This document shows, piece by piece, positions 43,321 through 53,031 of a DNA stretch of 64,000 nucleotides (position 1 is its first letter; every line of letters begins with the position of its first letter). The stretch comes from an uncultured candidate division Zixibacteria bacterium. GTDB taxonomy: Bacteria > Zixibacteria > MSB-5A5 > GN15 > PGXB01. The stretch is from assembly GCA_963702205.1 (NCBI GenBank), contig OY969724.1, forward strand, positions 3,424,001-3,488,000. The letters run 5' to 3'. The notes under the pieces are model-generated. The model was not told the origin of the DNA. It was given only the letters and a program-made list of their open reading frames with translations, and ran no database searches. The position numbers were made by a program, and so were the translations under genes.

Positions 43321-46300
43321 ATGAGGAAGATCAAAACAATTGGATTGTGTTTTATTGCCGTTCTGACCGTCGCAACAACCGCCTTCGGACAGCTCAGCAA
43401 GGGCGGCCGACCCTACACCTTCGAGAATATTCTCTCCGCGGCCCAAATGGTTATCTCCGCCAGGCAACTGCCTTCGATCGACGTCGCTGCCTACAAATTG
43501 CAGGATTCGATCGACGCCTCCAACAAGGACATCCCCTACCGCTTCGGCGCACCGATGGCCGTCAATTATACGCTGGACAATTCCGGTACCTGGGAGACGC
43601 TGGCCAACGGTGATCGCTTGTGGCGGCTTAAAATTTCTTCGCCCGGCGCATATTCTTTAAACCTCGTTTACGATCATTTTTACCTTCCCGAGGGAGGCAA
43701 GCTTTATATTTACAACGGCGACGGCTCTTATGTCATCGGAGCTTTCACGTCGGATAACAATAAAAAGCACGGACGCTTCGCGACCGCTCCCGTCAAAGGT
43801 GACGTCAGCGTTCTGGAATACTACGAACCCAAAGACGTAACCGGTCAGGGGATCATTTCCATATCATCGGTAGTGCACGCCTATCGTAATCTTTTTGACC
43901 GCGACGAACTTAAGGCCGCCACCGACTTCGGCAGTTCCGGGTCGTGCAATAATAATGTCAACTGCCCCGAGGGTGATCCCTGGCAGGCCGAAAAACGAGC
44001 CGTGGCCATGATCCTGACCGCCGGAAACTCCCGCATTTGCAGCGGCTCCCTGATCAACAACGTCCGCGAAGACCAAACCCCGTACTTCCTGACCGCCAAC
44101 CACTGCCTCCCCGGTTCGGACACGTGGATTTTCATGTTCAACTATGAAAGCCCCAATTGCTCCAATATCAACGGCCCCACGTACATGACTCTCCAGGGCT
44201 CGACCCTGCGCGCGACTTATTCCACGTCGGATTTTTGCCTGCTCGAACTCGATGAAGCGCCCCCGGATTCATATAACGTATACTACGCCGGGTGGTCGGC
44301 TGATAACGTCGCCTCGACTTCTTCAACCTGTATTCACCACCCCAAAGGCGACATCAAGAAAATTTCTTTCGATTATGACCCCGCTACCTCGGCCAACTAC
44401 CTCTCGACCAGCGGTACCACTCACTGGCGGATAGGCAGTTGGGATGACGGCACCACCGAGGGTGGATCATCGGGCTCACCGCTCTTCGATCAAAACCATC
44501 ATATCGTCGGACAGCTGCACGGCGGTTATGCCTCGTGTACCGACATATCTTCCGACTGGTTCGGCAAATTCGCTATGTCATGGAACGGCGGCGGATCGTC
44601 GTCGACCCGCCTGCGCGACTGGCTCGATCCCGATAACACTTCGACGACCATTCTCGACGGTTTGGATCCGTTCGCCGGGACCGATATTACCCACACGCCA
44701 TTGCCCAATACGTCGGATACTACGAACGATTATGCCGTTTATGCGACCATCACCAGCAACGATCCCCTGGTCGCCGATTCGCTGCTGTTGTACTATCAGA
44801 TTGCCTCGGTTTGGTACGAGGACACCCTCGAAGCGACCGGTCAGCCCGATGAATTTCTTGGGTACATACCGGCCCAGCCTCCGGGGACAATCATAAATTA
44901 CTATCTTTACGCCACAAATACTTCAGGCGTTCCCAATACGACTGAAACGTATTCATTCGAAGTCCTCGATTACGGCCTGAGCATTACGGCGGCCGTCGAC
45001 TCCGGTTTCGCTATAACTTACGATACCGTATGGTTTGACCTGACCCTCGCCAATGACGGCGTCTTCGATGACTCCTACACTCTGCAGGTAACCGGTGGGA
45101 CCTGGCCGGTTTCGATCTGGGACCAGGCCGGAGCGACACAGATTTCAAGTACCGGTACGATCGTATCGGGCAATACCTTTGATTTCAAAGCGGCCGTCGA
45201 AGTGCAGGGCACCATTTACGGCAATTCCGATATCGCCGAAATCACGGGCACGTCAGTGGCCGATAATTCCGTCACCGGCTCCATAAATCTAAAAGCAATA
45301 TCCGAGGGCCAGCCGGTAACGCTGCCGTTTACCGATAATTTCCCGACCCAGACGCTCGATCCTTCCAAATGGGTATACAAATCATCCGGCTCCAATATTA
45401 ACGACGCCGGGGCCAACGAACCGTCGGCCCCTTACAGCCTCGATTTCGACGGTGACCCGGGCGGTGCCGATACGGTCGTTTCGCAGGTAATGGATTTGAG
45501 CGGCCTTTCCGATGCCCGCATTTCATTTTACTACGAGCCGGGAGGTAGCGCCGAGGCACCGGATGTCAATGACAATTTGTACTTCGAATATCGCAATTCC
45601 TCGGGCGGATGGGCCCCGCTGCAAACTTACTACGGCGACGGATCAATCGCCACTACGTACTATGAAGAAGTGATGACACTCCCGCCCGATGCCCTCCATT
45701 CCTCCTTCCGCCTGCGCATCCGCAATACCGCCACGCCCGGCAATTTCGATGACTGGTTCGTGGATGATATCTTCATCGGAGAACCGCCGGCATACGCCGC
45801 CAAGGTCACGCCGTCCAGTCAGGGACAATACGGCGCTGCCGGAGACAGCGCCCTTTTCCGCATTAAAATTTTCAACCGGGGCATGTATGATGACGTCTAT
45901 GACCTGAGCGCCTCCGGGGGACTTTGGGCCGCAGCGTTCTTCGACAGCATCGGGATGACCCAGATATTCTCGACGCCGACTATTTCGGCCGGAGATTCGG
46001 CCGGCTTCGTGGTCAAGGTAGCCGTACCAGCCGTCGCCGATCTCGCCGAGGGCGACACGTCAATGGTAACGATAACCTCGCAGGGAGACGCGGGCGTCTC
46101 GGCAACTTGTGAAATCAGAAGCTACTCATCCGGTCCGACCGGTGCCTTCCCGTGGTATGAACCCTTCCCGGAAGACACTTTGTATTCAATGCGCTGGATT
46201 ATAAACAAAGGTGCCGATGTAACCGGCGTCGCCCCCAACCCGCCGAGCAGTCCCTATGCATTGAAACTTGACGGCGGCAATGATACGATCGTCAGCCAGA

Positions 46301-47892
46301 TAATCGACCTGAGCGGCAAAGACGGCGCGCTGTTGACGTACTATTATGAACCCGGCGGCGGCGGTGACGCCCCCGACGCGGGCGAATATCTCCGGGTCGA
46401 TTACCGGAACGTCAAAGGTATCTGGATAACGATCGATACTCTCGAAGGCAACGGTGCGACGTCAACTTCATTTACCAAAGTCACTATACCCCTGCCGATC
46501 TGGGCCATTCACAGCAACTTCCAACTGCGTTTCCGCTCAACCGGTACCTGTGTCGATTGCGATATCTGGTACGTCGATGATATCAACATCGGCTACATAC
46601 CTGCTATCGAAGTCCAGCCCGCTATTATGAGCAAGACGATGGTTCAGGGTGATTCGGCTTCGGAGCAGCTGGTTATTTCAAACACCGGCGAAGGTGAACT
46701 CGATTATAACTTATCCATCCTGCCGCTGCTGAACAAATCGGCCAGGCTCTCCGATCTATTGGCCGACAGCCTGCTCGAACCGGCTCAGCGCGTTTACCCG
46801 GAAGGTTTCGACGAGTACGAAGATATCAAAGGCGTCGATGACCCGCGCGACGGCTATCCGGTCGATAAATCCGCCGGCGGCCCCGACGGGTCAGGTTATT
46901 ACTGGATTGATTCCGACCAATTGGGCGGACCGACTTTCTCCTGGGAAGATATAACTTCCACGGGGACGCTCGTTACCGGCCTCGACGATGACAATTATGT
47001 CGGGCCATACGGCATAGGTTTCGGCTTTACGTATTACGGAACGACATATAACTCGCTCTATATCGGCTCCAACGGTTTGATCGGTTTCAGCCCCACCGAC
47101 CTTGATGTCAGGGCCAAAAAGTCCATCCCGACCGACACGACCCCCAATAATTTCCTCGCCTGGATGTGGGACGACCTCGATCCGACCAACGCCAACAATC
47201 CCGGCTCACAGGTATTCATGTACAACGATGCTTCGCACTGCGTCATACAATTCGTTAATTATCCCGAGTACGGAGCGGCTGCAGGCGATATTATCAACGC
47301 TGAGATTATTCTCTTCGACGACGGCACCGTCAAATTCCAGTACCTCACGATTGCCCCGGGCTTCGATATCGCCTCTTCCACGATCGGTATAGAAAACGCC
47401 ACCGGAACCGATGGCCTTGAAGTCGCCTATCTGACGCCGTATTTAAAGAACAACCTCGCTATTCAGTTCTATCATCCCGATATCTGGATGTCGTCAAGCA
47501 AGGCCTCCGGTGAAATCCAGCCCGCCGAGGCCGACACGGTCGAGATCAAAATCATGTCGGCAGGCATGGATGAAGGCACCTATCACGCGCAGATTGCCAT
47601 CAACAGCAACGATCCCGACCCCGGCGACAATCCGTTCGTCATCCCGGTCGAACTGACCGTCCTGACTCTGCCCCAGTTTGTTTGTGGCGATGCCAATAAC
47701 GACGAAGAAGTGAATCTGCTCGATATATTGTACCTGATCGCAAACATCTATGGCGACCCCGCCGGTCCGCCTCCCGATCCACCGGAATCGGGCGATGTCA
47801 ACAATGACGGCTCGGTCAACCTGCTTGACATCCTTTTTCTTATATCATACAAGTACGACACGCCTCCCGGTCCGTCCCCGCAGTGCCCGTAA
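43321..47892 (+). CDS. Trypsin-like (lysyl-endopeptidase-type) serine protease with repeated beta-sandwich domains and dockerin-like module
   Basis: CSGSLINN, LTANHC, SDF, HHPKGD, GSSGSP; C-terminal paired NLLDIL. Confidence 0.88.
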   Translation: MRKIKTIGLCFIAVLTVATTAFGQLSKGGRPYTFENILSAAQMVISARQLPSIDVAAYKLQDSIDASNKDIPYRFGAPMAVNYTLDNSGTWETLANGDRLWRLKISSPGAYSLNLVYDHFYLPEGGKLYIYNGDGSYVIGAFTSDNNKKHGRFATAPVKGDVSVLEYYEPKDVTGQGIISISSVVHAYRNLFDRDELKAATDFGSSGSCNNNVNCPEGDPWQAEKRAVAMILTAGNSRICSGSLINNVREDQTPYFLTANHCLPGSDTWIFMFNYESPNCSNINGPTYMTLQGSTLRATYSTSDFCLLELDEAPPDSYNVYYAGWSADNVASTSSTCIHHPKGDIKKISFDYDPATSANYLSTSGTTHWRIGSWDDGTTEGGSSGSPLFDQNHHIVGQLHGGYASCTDISSDWFGKFAMSWNGGGSSSTRLRDWLDPDNTSTTILDGLDPFAGTDITHTPLPNTSDTTNDYAVYATITSNDPLVADSLLLYYQIASVWYEDTLEATGQPDEFLGYIPAQPPGTIINYYLYATNTSGVPNTTETYSFEVLDYGLSITAAVDSGFAITYDTVWFDLTLANDGVFDDSYTLQVTGGTWPVSIWDQAGATQISSTGTIVSGNTFDFKAAVEVQGTIYGNSDIAEITGTSVADNSVTGSINLKAISEGQPVTLPFTDNFPTQTLDPSKWVYKSSGSNINDAGANEPSAPYSLDFDGDPGGADTVVSQVMDLSGLSDARISFYYEPGGSAEAPDVNDNLYFEYRNSSGGWAPLQTYYGDGSIATTYYEEVMTLPPDALHSSFRLRIRNTATPGNFDDWFVDDIFIGEPPAYAAKVTPSSQGQYGAAGDSALFRIKIFNRGMYDDVYDLSASGGLWAAAFFDSIGMTQIFSTPTISAGDSAGFVVKVAVPAVADLAEGDTSMVTITSQGDAGVSATCEIRSYSSGPTGAFPWYEPFPEDTLYSMRWIINKGADVTGVAPNPPSSPYALKLDGGNDTIVSQIIDLSGKDGALLTYYYEPGGGGDAPDAGEYLRVDYRNVKGIWITIDTLEGNGATSTSFTKVTIPLPIWAIHSNFQLRFRSTGTCVDCDIWYVDDINIGYIPAIEVQPAIMSKTMVQGDSASEQLVISNTGEGELDYNLSILPLLNKSARLSDLLADSLLEPAQRVYPEGFDEYEDIKGVDDPRDGYPVDKSAGGPDGSGYYWIDSDQLGGPTFSWEDITSTGTLVTGLDDDNYVGPYGIGFGFTYYGTTYNSLYIGSNGLIGFSPTDLDVRAKKSIPTDTTPNNFLAWMWDDLDPTNANNPGSQVFMYNDASHCVIQFVNYPEYGAAAGDIINAEIILFDDGTVKFQYLTIAPGFDIASSTIGIENATGTDGLEVAYLTPYLKNNLAIQFYHPDIWMSSSKASGEIQPAEADTVEIKIMSAGMDEGTYHAQIAINSNDPDPGDNPFVIPVELTVLTLPQFVCGDANNDEEVNLLDILYLIANIYGDPAGPPPDPPESGDVNNDGSVNLLDILFLISYKYDTPPGPSPQCP

Positions 47893-47899
47893 AAAAGCC

Positions 47900-47935
47900 A
47901 AAGCGCCGTTTATTTAATTGACGGCGCTTTTTTTT
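47900..47935 (+). terminator. Intrinsic terminator
   Basis: aagcgccgt/acggcgctt stem then T run. Confidence 0.8.
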
Positions 47936-48016
47936 AAGCCTATTTTTAAAGAGTTTCTGTGTAATACTAACTGGCAATTATAAACCGGATTATATTTCGA
48001 AAATATCGCTGTCTTA

Positions 48017-48180
48017 TTTTTATTTCAAAATCAGACGTAGGTCGGGTTCCGAGTAGAGCGAAGCGTAACGAGAAACCCGACAACAAGATGTCGGCTTTCT
48101 TTCCTGACTCCGTCAGGATTCGGAAGCCGACCTACTGGTTTTTCAACAAGCCGCGAGCAGCGGGGCACACCGCCTGCCCC
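48017..48180. repeat. 164-bp direct repeat copy 1 containing an inverted GTAG-REP doublet (48037-48135)
   Basis: Matches 48868-49031 except one A/G difference; GTAGGTCGG...CCGACCTAC. Confidence 0.92.
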
Positions 48181-48186
48181 AAAAGT

Positions 48187-48238
48187 GTTCCGTCGGGTGT
48201 TGATTTCGACGCAGTCGAAATTGTCACCCGACGGAAAC
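48187..48238. repeat. REP-like palindromic repeat, family A
   Basis: gttccgtcgggtg...cacccgacggaaac. Confidence 0.8.
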
Positions 48239-48375
48239 CGTTGAAAGACCGCAGGGTCACATCCCGACTTCGTCGGGACAAGCCCCCGCGGAACTTAAAA
48301 AGAGTATATTTGAGACAGCCTCACCCCGCCAGCCCCTGCGTCGTGCACAAACATCAATGCCATTAGATTTTTCAC

Positions 48376-48404
48376 TTGACAAAATACGTTATCACCGGTA
48401 TTTT
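48376..48404 (+). promoter_or_regulatory. Sigma70-like promoter inside the repeat-flanked cassette
   Basis: TTGACA-17 nt-TATTTT. Confidence 0.5.
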
Positions 48405-48528
48405 CGGTTTGTAAATGGTTTAATACCGGCTCCGCTTTAAAAATCTATCGGCCGGACAACATAATAGGGTACGTATAGCGCTACAGCTAAGGGATTAAAA
48501 GACTTAACAGCATTAACGGAGGTTGAAT

Positions 48529-48615
48529 TTGCAACCCGGTTTAACAAATCCCGTGCTAAAGCGTTATTTTTTTGTACTGGCATCAGCGTATTGTCTGTTT
48601 TTCCGGGGCTTCTAA
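48529..48615 (+). CDS. Candidate 28-aa hydrophobic peptide MQPGLTNPVLKRYFFVLASAYCLFFRGF
   Basis: GGAGG 6 nt before a TTG start; downstream of the promoter at 48376. Confidence 0.35.
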   Translation: MQPGLTNPVLKRYFFVLASAYCLFFRGF

Positions 48616-48784
48616 ATTTTTTAGACATTAAAACTATCTTCCGGCATCGTGAATTCAATGGAATTTTTCGATAATTAAAGCCTTTGCGTTTATATGCCAG
48701 CCCATTAAACGCAAAGAGGGGGACGGGTTGAAAGAACCTGTCCCCCACGGCTATTTATAAGCCTGACTACCCGCTCACTTTCAA

Positions 48785-48831
48785 GTTCCATCACGTCTTG
48801 ATTCCTCTCAGGGGAACTGTGACGTGACGGT
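48785..48831. repeat. Degenerate family A REP-like repeat
   Basis: gttccatcacgtcttgattcc...ggaactgtgacgtgacggt. Confidence 0.65.
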
Positions 48832-48867
48832 TCTGCAAGTTCAGGCAGGTCATCAGACCTGCCTGTC

Positions 48868-49031
48868 TTTTTATTTCAAAATCAGACGTAGGTCGGGTTC
48901 CGAGTGGAGCGAAGCGTAACGAGAAACCCGACAACAAGATGTCGGCTTTCTTTCCTGACTCCGTCAGGATTCGGAAGCCGACCTACTGGTTTTTCAACAA
49001 GCCGCGAGCAGCGGGGCACACCGCCTGCCCC
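48868..49031. repeat. 164-bp direct repeat copy 2 (REP doublet 48888-48986)
   Basis: Matches 48017-48180 at an offset of 851. Confidence 0.92.
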
Positions 49032-49077
49032 TGCGTTGTGCCCGGTGGGTCCTCAGACCCACCGGGTCTTTATTCAA

Positions 49078-49124
49078 GTTCCGTCGCGTCTTGATTCCAC
49101 GAAGGGGAATTGTGATCTGACGGT
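49078..49124. repeat. Degenerate family A REP-like repeat
   Basis: gttccgtcgcgtcttgattcc...ggaattgtgatctgacggt. Confidence 0.65.
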
Positions 49125-49131
49125 CTCAAAA

Positions 49132-50925
49132 CTACTCGCTGACCTGCTCGGTCAATTCGTAACGCCGATAAATCCGCGCGTACTGCCCTCCCCCGCGCAT
49201 CAATTCCTCGTGCGTCCCCGACTCCACCAAACGACCGTCCTCGAGCACGAAAATACTGTCGGCCATACGAAGCGTATCAGAACGGTGAGTTATCAATATC
49301 GCCGTCATATCCGGCATGACTTCGTGAAGCCGATTCCACAGGGCATCTTCCGTCCGCGAGTCGAGCGCCGACGTGCAGTCATCGAGAATCAGAATGTGCG
49401 GCTTTCCGGCCAGCGCCCTCGCCAGCGACAACCGCTGTTTCTGACCGCCCGAAATCGACATCCCCCGTGTTCCGATCTGCGTTTCAATCCCTTTCGGGAA
49501 GGTCGCGATTTCATCCTTGAGTTGGGCGATATCGACCGCCCAGTGCAGGACCTCGTCGGATATGTCGGTCCGCCCGAACAGAATGTTGTTCTTTACCGAA
49601 TCGCTGAACAGGGCCGGTTCCTGCGGCACATAACCGATAATCCGCCTCAGGTCTTCCAGCTTGAAACTGCGCAGGTCTCTGTTATCGAGATATATATACC
49701 CTCCGGTCGGATTGACCAGCCTCGGGATCAGGTTGATCAGCCAGCTCTTGCCGGAGCCGACTTTACCGACCAGTGCCACCGTCTGCCCCGGCGTGATTTC
49801 CATCGATATCCGGTCGATTATCTTGCGATCGGATTCGGGGAACCGGAACTCGACGTTGTCGAAGCGGATGTGCCCGGGACGATTCCCATCAAAGCCTTTT
49901 TCTCCGGAATCTTCAACCATCGGAGCCATATCGGACAGCGCCTTAAGTCTTTCGATCGACACCGCCGACTGACGCGATTTAACCAAAAACTGGCCAATAT
50001 CGAACATCGGAAACACCATATAGACGACATAGTATATAAACGCCACCAGTTCCCCCAGCGATAAACCCCGACTGATAGCCATGTATCCGCCCGACAGAAG
50101 GACGATGACAATACTGAACTGCCAGATGTACATGTACATCGACTCGACGATTGTCGTCGCCTTGATCGACGATATCTCGGCCGTACGTCTTTCCCGTGCG
50201 GCGGTATCGAACTTGCCCTTCTGTTTGTCCTCGCGGGCGTACGCTTTCACCACCCGGACTCCCGAAAAACAGGCTTCCATGACGTCGTTGAAGCGTGAAA
50301 TTCGACCCTGAAGATAATCGTATCTTTTCTCCAGCACCGAAGCGCTTTTGAAAAAGATAATTATCAATATCGGCAGCGGCCCGGCCGAAAGCAGGGTCAG
50401 CCTCGGATTGATGCTCATCATCATGGCCAGCGAAAAAGTCACCATCAACAGCGCTTCGTACGCCCGAAAAATCCCCGAGCAGGCGAACCACGACAGCTTT
50501 TCGGCGACGTCGTCGGTCAGCCTCGTGACCAGGTCACCGGTGCGGAACCGGTTGAAAAAGTCCGGGCCTTTCGTCGTGATATCATTGAACGCTTCCTGAC
50601 GGAACAGCCACTCCAGGCGTAGATTCATCCACGCCCGGTGCCCCTGCACGAAGGCGTACAGGAAACTGGCCACGAAACCGATCGAGATCAACGTCAGCAT
50701 GAACGTCGCCGCCGTCGACAGCCCCAGCCCCGAGCCGATATCGTTCAGCCAGAGCGCGGCTTCGTTAGTCAGCTTACCCGTCTTGACAAAGTCGACCATG
50801 AACTCAATCAGTCGCGGTATCGTAACCTGGAAACTTACCTGCAGCGGTGTCAGGACCACCAGCACGAACAACATATATCGGTAGCGGCGGTAATATTTCC
50901 AGAACCATTTTATTTTATTCAGCAT
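49132..50925 (-). CDS. Type IV ABC exporter half-transporter (degenerate Walker B)
   Basis: TMD+NBD; GKVGSGKS, ISGGQKQR, LILDDCTS. Confidence 0.93.
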   Translation of the reverse strand: MLNKIKWFWKYYRRYRYMLFVLVVLTPLQVSFQVTIPRLIEFMVDFVKTGKLTNEAALWLNDIGSGLGLSTAATFMLTLISIGFVASFLYAFVQGHRAWMNLRLEWLFRQEAFNDITTKGPDFFNRFRTGDLVTRLTDDVAEKLSWFACSGIFRAYEALLMVTFSLAMMMSINPRLTLLSAGPLPILIIIFFKSASVLEKRYDYLQGRISRFNDVMEACFSGVRVVKAYAREDKQKGKFDTAARERRTAEISSIKATTIVESMYMYIWQFSIVIVLLSGGYMAISRGLSLGELVAFIYYVVYMVFPMFDIGQFLVKSRQSAVSIERLKALSDMAPMVEDSGEKGFDGNRPGHIRFDNVEFRFPESDRKIIDRISMEITPGQTVALVGKVGSGKSWLINLIPRLVNPTGGYIYLDNRDLRSFKLEDLRRIIGYVPQEPALFSDSVKNNILFGRTDISDEVLHWAVDIAQLKDEIATFPKGIETQIGTRGMSISGGQKQRLSLARALAGKPHILILDDCTSALDSRTEDALWNRLHEVMPDMTAILITHRSDTLRMADSIFVLEDGRLVESGTHEELMRGGGQYARIYRRYELTEQVSE

Positions 50926-52723
50926 GGGTTACCACCCCATTTCTATTCTTAAACTGCAGGTGGAACAGCTTTGAATAATAACCGTTCTGCAACAGCAATT
51001 CTATATGCGTTCCTCGTTCTATTATTTCGCCCCGCTTTATAACCAGTATCTGGTCGACGTCCAAGATGGTCGACAATCGGTGAGCGATAATTATCGACGT
51101 GCGTCCGGTCATAAGACGCTTGAGCGACGCCTGTATCGTACGCTCCGTCTCAGGATCGACCGAGCTGGTTGCCTCATCCAGAAGCAGCACGTCCGGATTG
51201 ACCACCAGCGCCCGGGCGAACGACAATAGCTGCCTCTCTCCCCGGCTGAAATTGGCGCCCTTCTCCGACACTTCGGTCTTGTACCCCTGTGGCAGCCGGT
51301 CGATAAACCGGTCGGCGGCCACCGTCCGGGCGGAGCTTACAATCTGTTCATCAGAGACGTCATCGGCCTCCAGCGATATGTTCGACCGGACGTCCCCCGG
51401 AAACAGGAAGATATCCTGCAGCACCAGCGCGAAATGCCTGCGAAGCTCGGCCTTGGAAATATCGCGAACATCGATCCCATCGATCAGTATCCGCCCTTTC
51501 TGCGGATCGTACAATCGCAGCAGAAGCGATATAACCGTCGTCTTTCCTCCACCCGTCATGCCGACCAGTGCCAGGCGCTGTCCCCTGGGCACTTCGAACG
51601 TCGCAGCTTTAAGAGCATAGTTGTCGTCACCGGTGTACGAAAACCAGACGTCTTCGAACCGGATCGAATGTTCCAGCCCGCTCCATTCCTTTGGTTTATC
51701 CGGGTCGGGCAAACTTGATTTCTCGCTCAGCAACGCAAAAATCCGTTTGGCCCCTGCGATAGCTTTCTGTATGTTCGAAAGCTGCTCCGATGCCCGCCAG
51801 ATCGGATCGAACGAGCGCCAGATCAATATGATAAACATACTGATCGTGCCGACCGTAATAAGTCCCTTGCTGATCCACAGCGCTCCGAAGAACAGCACCA
51901 GCCCGATCATGACATACTGCAAGAAGAAAATCGTATTGAAGAACAATATTACCGCCGTGTTAACATAAACGTCTTCGGTGAATTTCCTCTTATTGGCATA
52001 GTTCACTCTATCCCGGGCGTACTGACCACGGTGAAAAATCTGCACGATCGACATCCCGTGCAAAAATTCAGTCAGAGTCGCGGTCACCTCGGCCATCCGC
52101 TTGCGAACCTCCAGAAACCTCCGGCTCGTCTTGCGCTCGAAAATAAATATCATCAGCGAGACCACCGGGACCGCCGTCACCAAAATTGCCGCCAGCCGCC
52201 AGCTGTAATAAAACATGACGGCATAAATACCGGTAATCAGGATCAAATCGCCGATCAAGAGGACGACTGTATTCGTAAACAGCATCCGCAGTGATTCCGT
52301 ATCCGACTCGATTCGCGCCAACAGGCGGCCAACCGGGTTGCTATCGAAAAACGACACATCGAGCGATAGAATATGGTTGAACAGCCGTGTCTTGAGATCC
52401 AGCATGATATCCTGGCCGATAATTTCCAACCAGACTCTCTGGATAAACTGTATGATCAGGGTCACGCCCTGAATTGCCGCGATAGTCAGGACCGTCACCA
52501 GCAGCCCGTGGAAATCGTCATTCTTTATATTGACATCGAGCGCCCGTTTGATGAGAATCGGCCAGTATATCGAAAGCAGCGTTCCGGTCGTCAGAAGCAC
52601 AAGGCAAATCGCCAGCCGCTTTTTATGTTTGGCGATAAAAGGCATCAAGCGCTTGAAAGCCTGCGATGATTTGATGTCTTTTTCGGCCTTTAATTTTTCG
52701 TCTTCGTAAAATTCCGTCGTCAT
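50915..52723 (-). CDS. Type IV ABC exporter half-transporter (consensus Walker B, variant signature)
   Basis: TMD+NBD; GMTGGGKTT, FSRGERQ, LLLDEATS, IAHRL; overlaps its partner gene. Confidence 0.93.
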   Translation of the reverse strand: MTTEFYEDEKLKAEKDIKSSQAFKRLMPFIAKHKKRLAICLVLLTTGTLLSIYWPILIKRALDVNIKNDDFHGLLVTVLTIAAIQGVTLIIQFIQRVWLEIIGQDIMLDLKTRLFNHILSLDVSFFDSNPVGRLLARIESDTESLRMLFTNTVVLLIGDLILITGIYAVMFYYSWRLAAILVTAVPVVSLMIFIFERKTSRRFLEVRKRMAEVTATLTEFLHGMSIVQIFHRGQYARDRVNYANKRKFTEDVYVNTAVILFFNTIFFLQYVMIGLVLFFGALWISKGLITVGTISMFIILIWRSFDPIWRASEQLSNIQKAIAGAKRIFALLSEKSSLPDPDKPKEWSGLEHSIRFEDVWFSYTGDDNYALKAATFEVPRGQRLALVGMTGGGKTTVISLLLRLYDPQKGRILIDGIDVRDISKAELRRHFALVLQDIFLFPGDVRSNISLEADDVSDEQIVSSARTVAADRFIDRLPQGYKTEVSEKGANFSRGERQLLSFARALVVNPDVLLLDEATSSVDPETERTIQASLKRLMTGRTSIIIAHRLSTILDVDQILVIKRGEIIERGTHIELLLQNGYYSKLFHLQFKNRNGVVTHAE

Positions 52724-52774
52724 GGCAAACAACCTTTAATCTGAGTTTTTACTATCAGCTGCGATCGACGGGAT

Positions 52775-52812
52775 AAAAAAAACCCGCCGAACATTCCGGT
52801 TACGGCGGGTTT
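52775..52812 (-). terminator. Intrinsic terminator in the leader of the ABC exporter operon (attenuator)
   Basis: Minus strand aaacccgccg..cggcgggtttttttt, about 50 nt upstream of ATG 52723. Confidence 0.8.
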
Positions 52813-52832
52813 CCAAAGCTTTGTGAAAATTA

Positions 52833-52919
52833 TCACAATGCGGAAATACCTCCACCGCCGCGAAAACCGCCCATTACGGTCGCGTTACAAATAAGAATGG
52901 TATTCTGGAATGTTACCAT
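52833..52919 (-). CDS. Leader peptide MVTFQNTILICNATVMGGFRGGGGISAL (28 aa)
   Basis: GAGGAG RBS, ATG 52919, TGA 52833; lies directly before the leader terminator. Confidence 0.7.
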   Translation of the reverse strand: MVTFQNTILICNATVMGGFRGGGGISAL

Positions 52920-52992
52920 TAATACTCCTCGCGTCGGTTTAAGGTTAAATCAGCATTCTTTAATTAACGAATTTTCTAAAATTAAGTTTCTT

Positions 52993-53020
52993 AATATAAA
53001 ACTATTTTCGGCACTGTCAA
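52993..53020 (-). promoter_or_regulatory. Sigma70-like promoter of the leader/ABC operon
   Basis: TTGACA-16 nt-TATATT on the minus strand. Confidence 0.6.
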
Positions 53021-53031
53021 TAAAAAATCTA

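Noticed and set aside
48437..48748. 103-aa minus-strand ORF in the cassette
   Set aside because: No clear RBS or motif, and it starts within a hairpin; not fully excluded
48017..49124. Possible CRISPR array or DGR template/variable repeat pair
   Set aside because: No regular repeat-spacer period, no cas or reverse transcriptase gene in the window, and only one mismatch between non-coding copies
48904..50064. 386-aa plus-strand ORF
   Set aside because: Starts inside a repeat and runs antisense to the ABC gene
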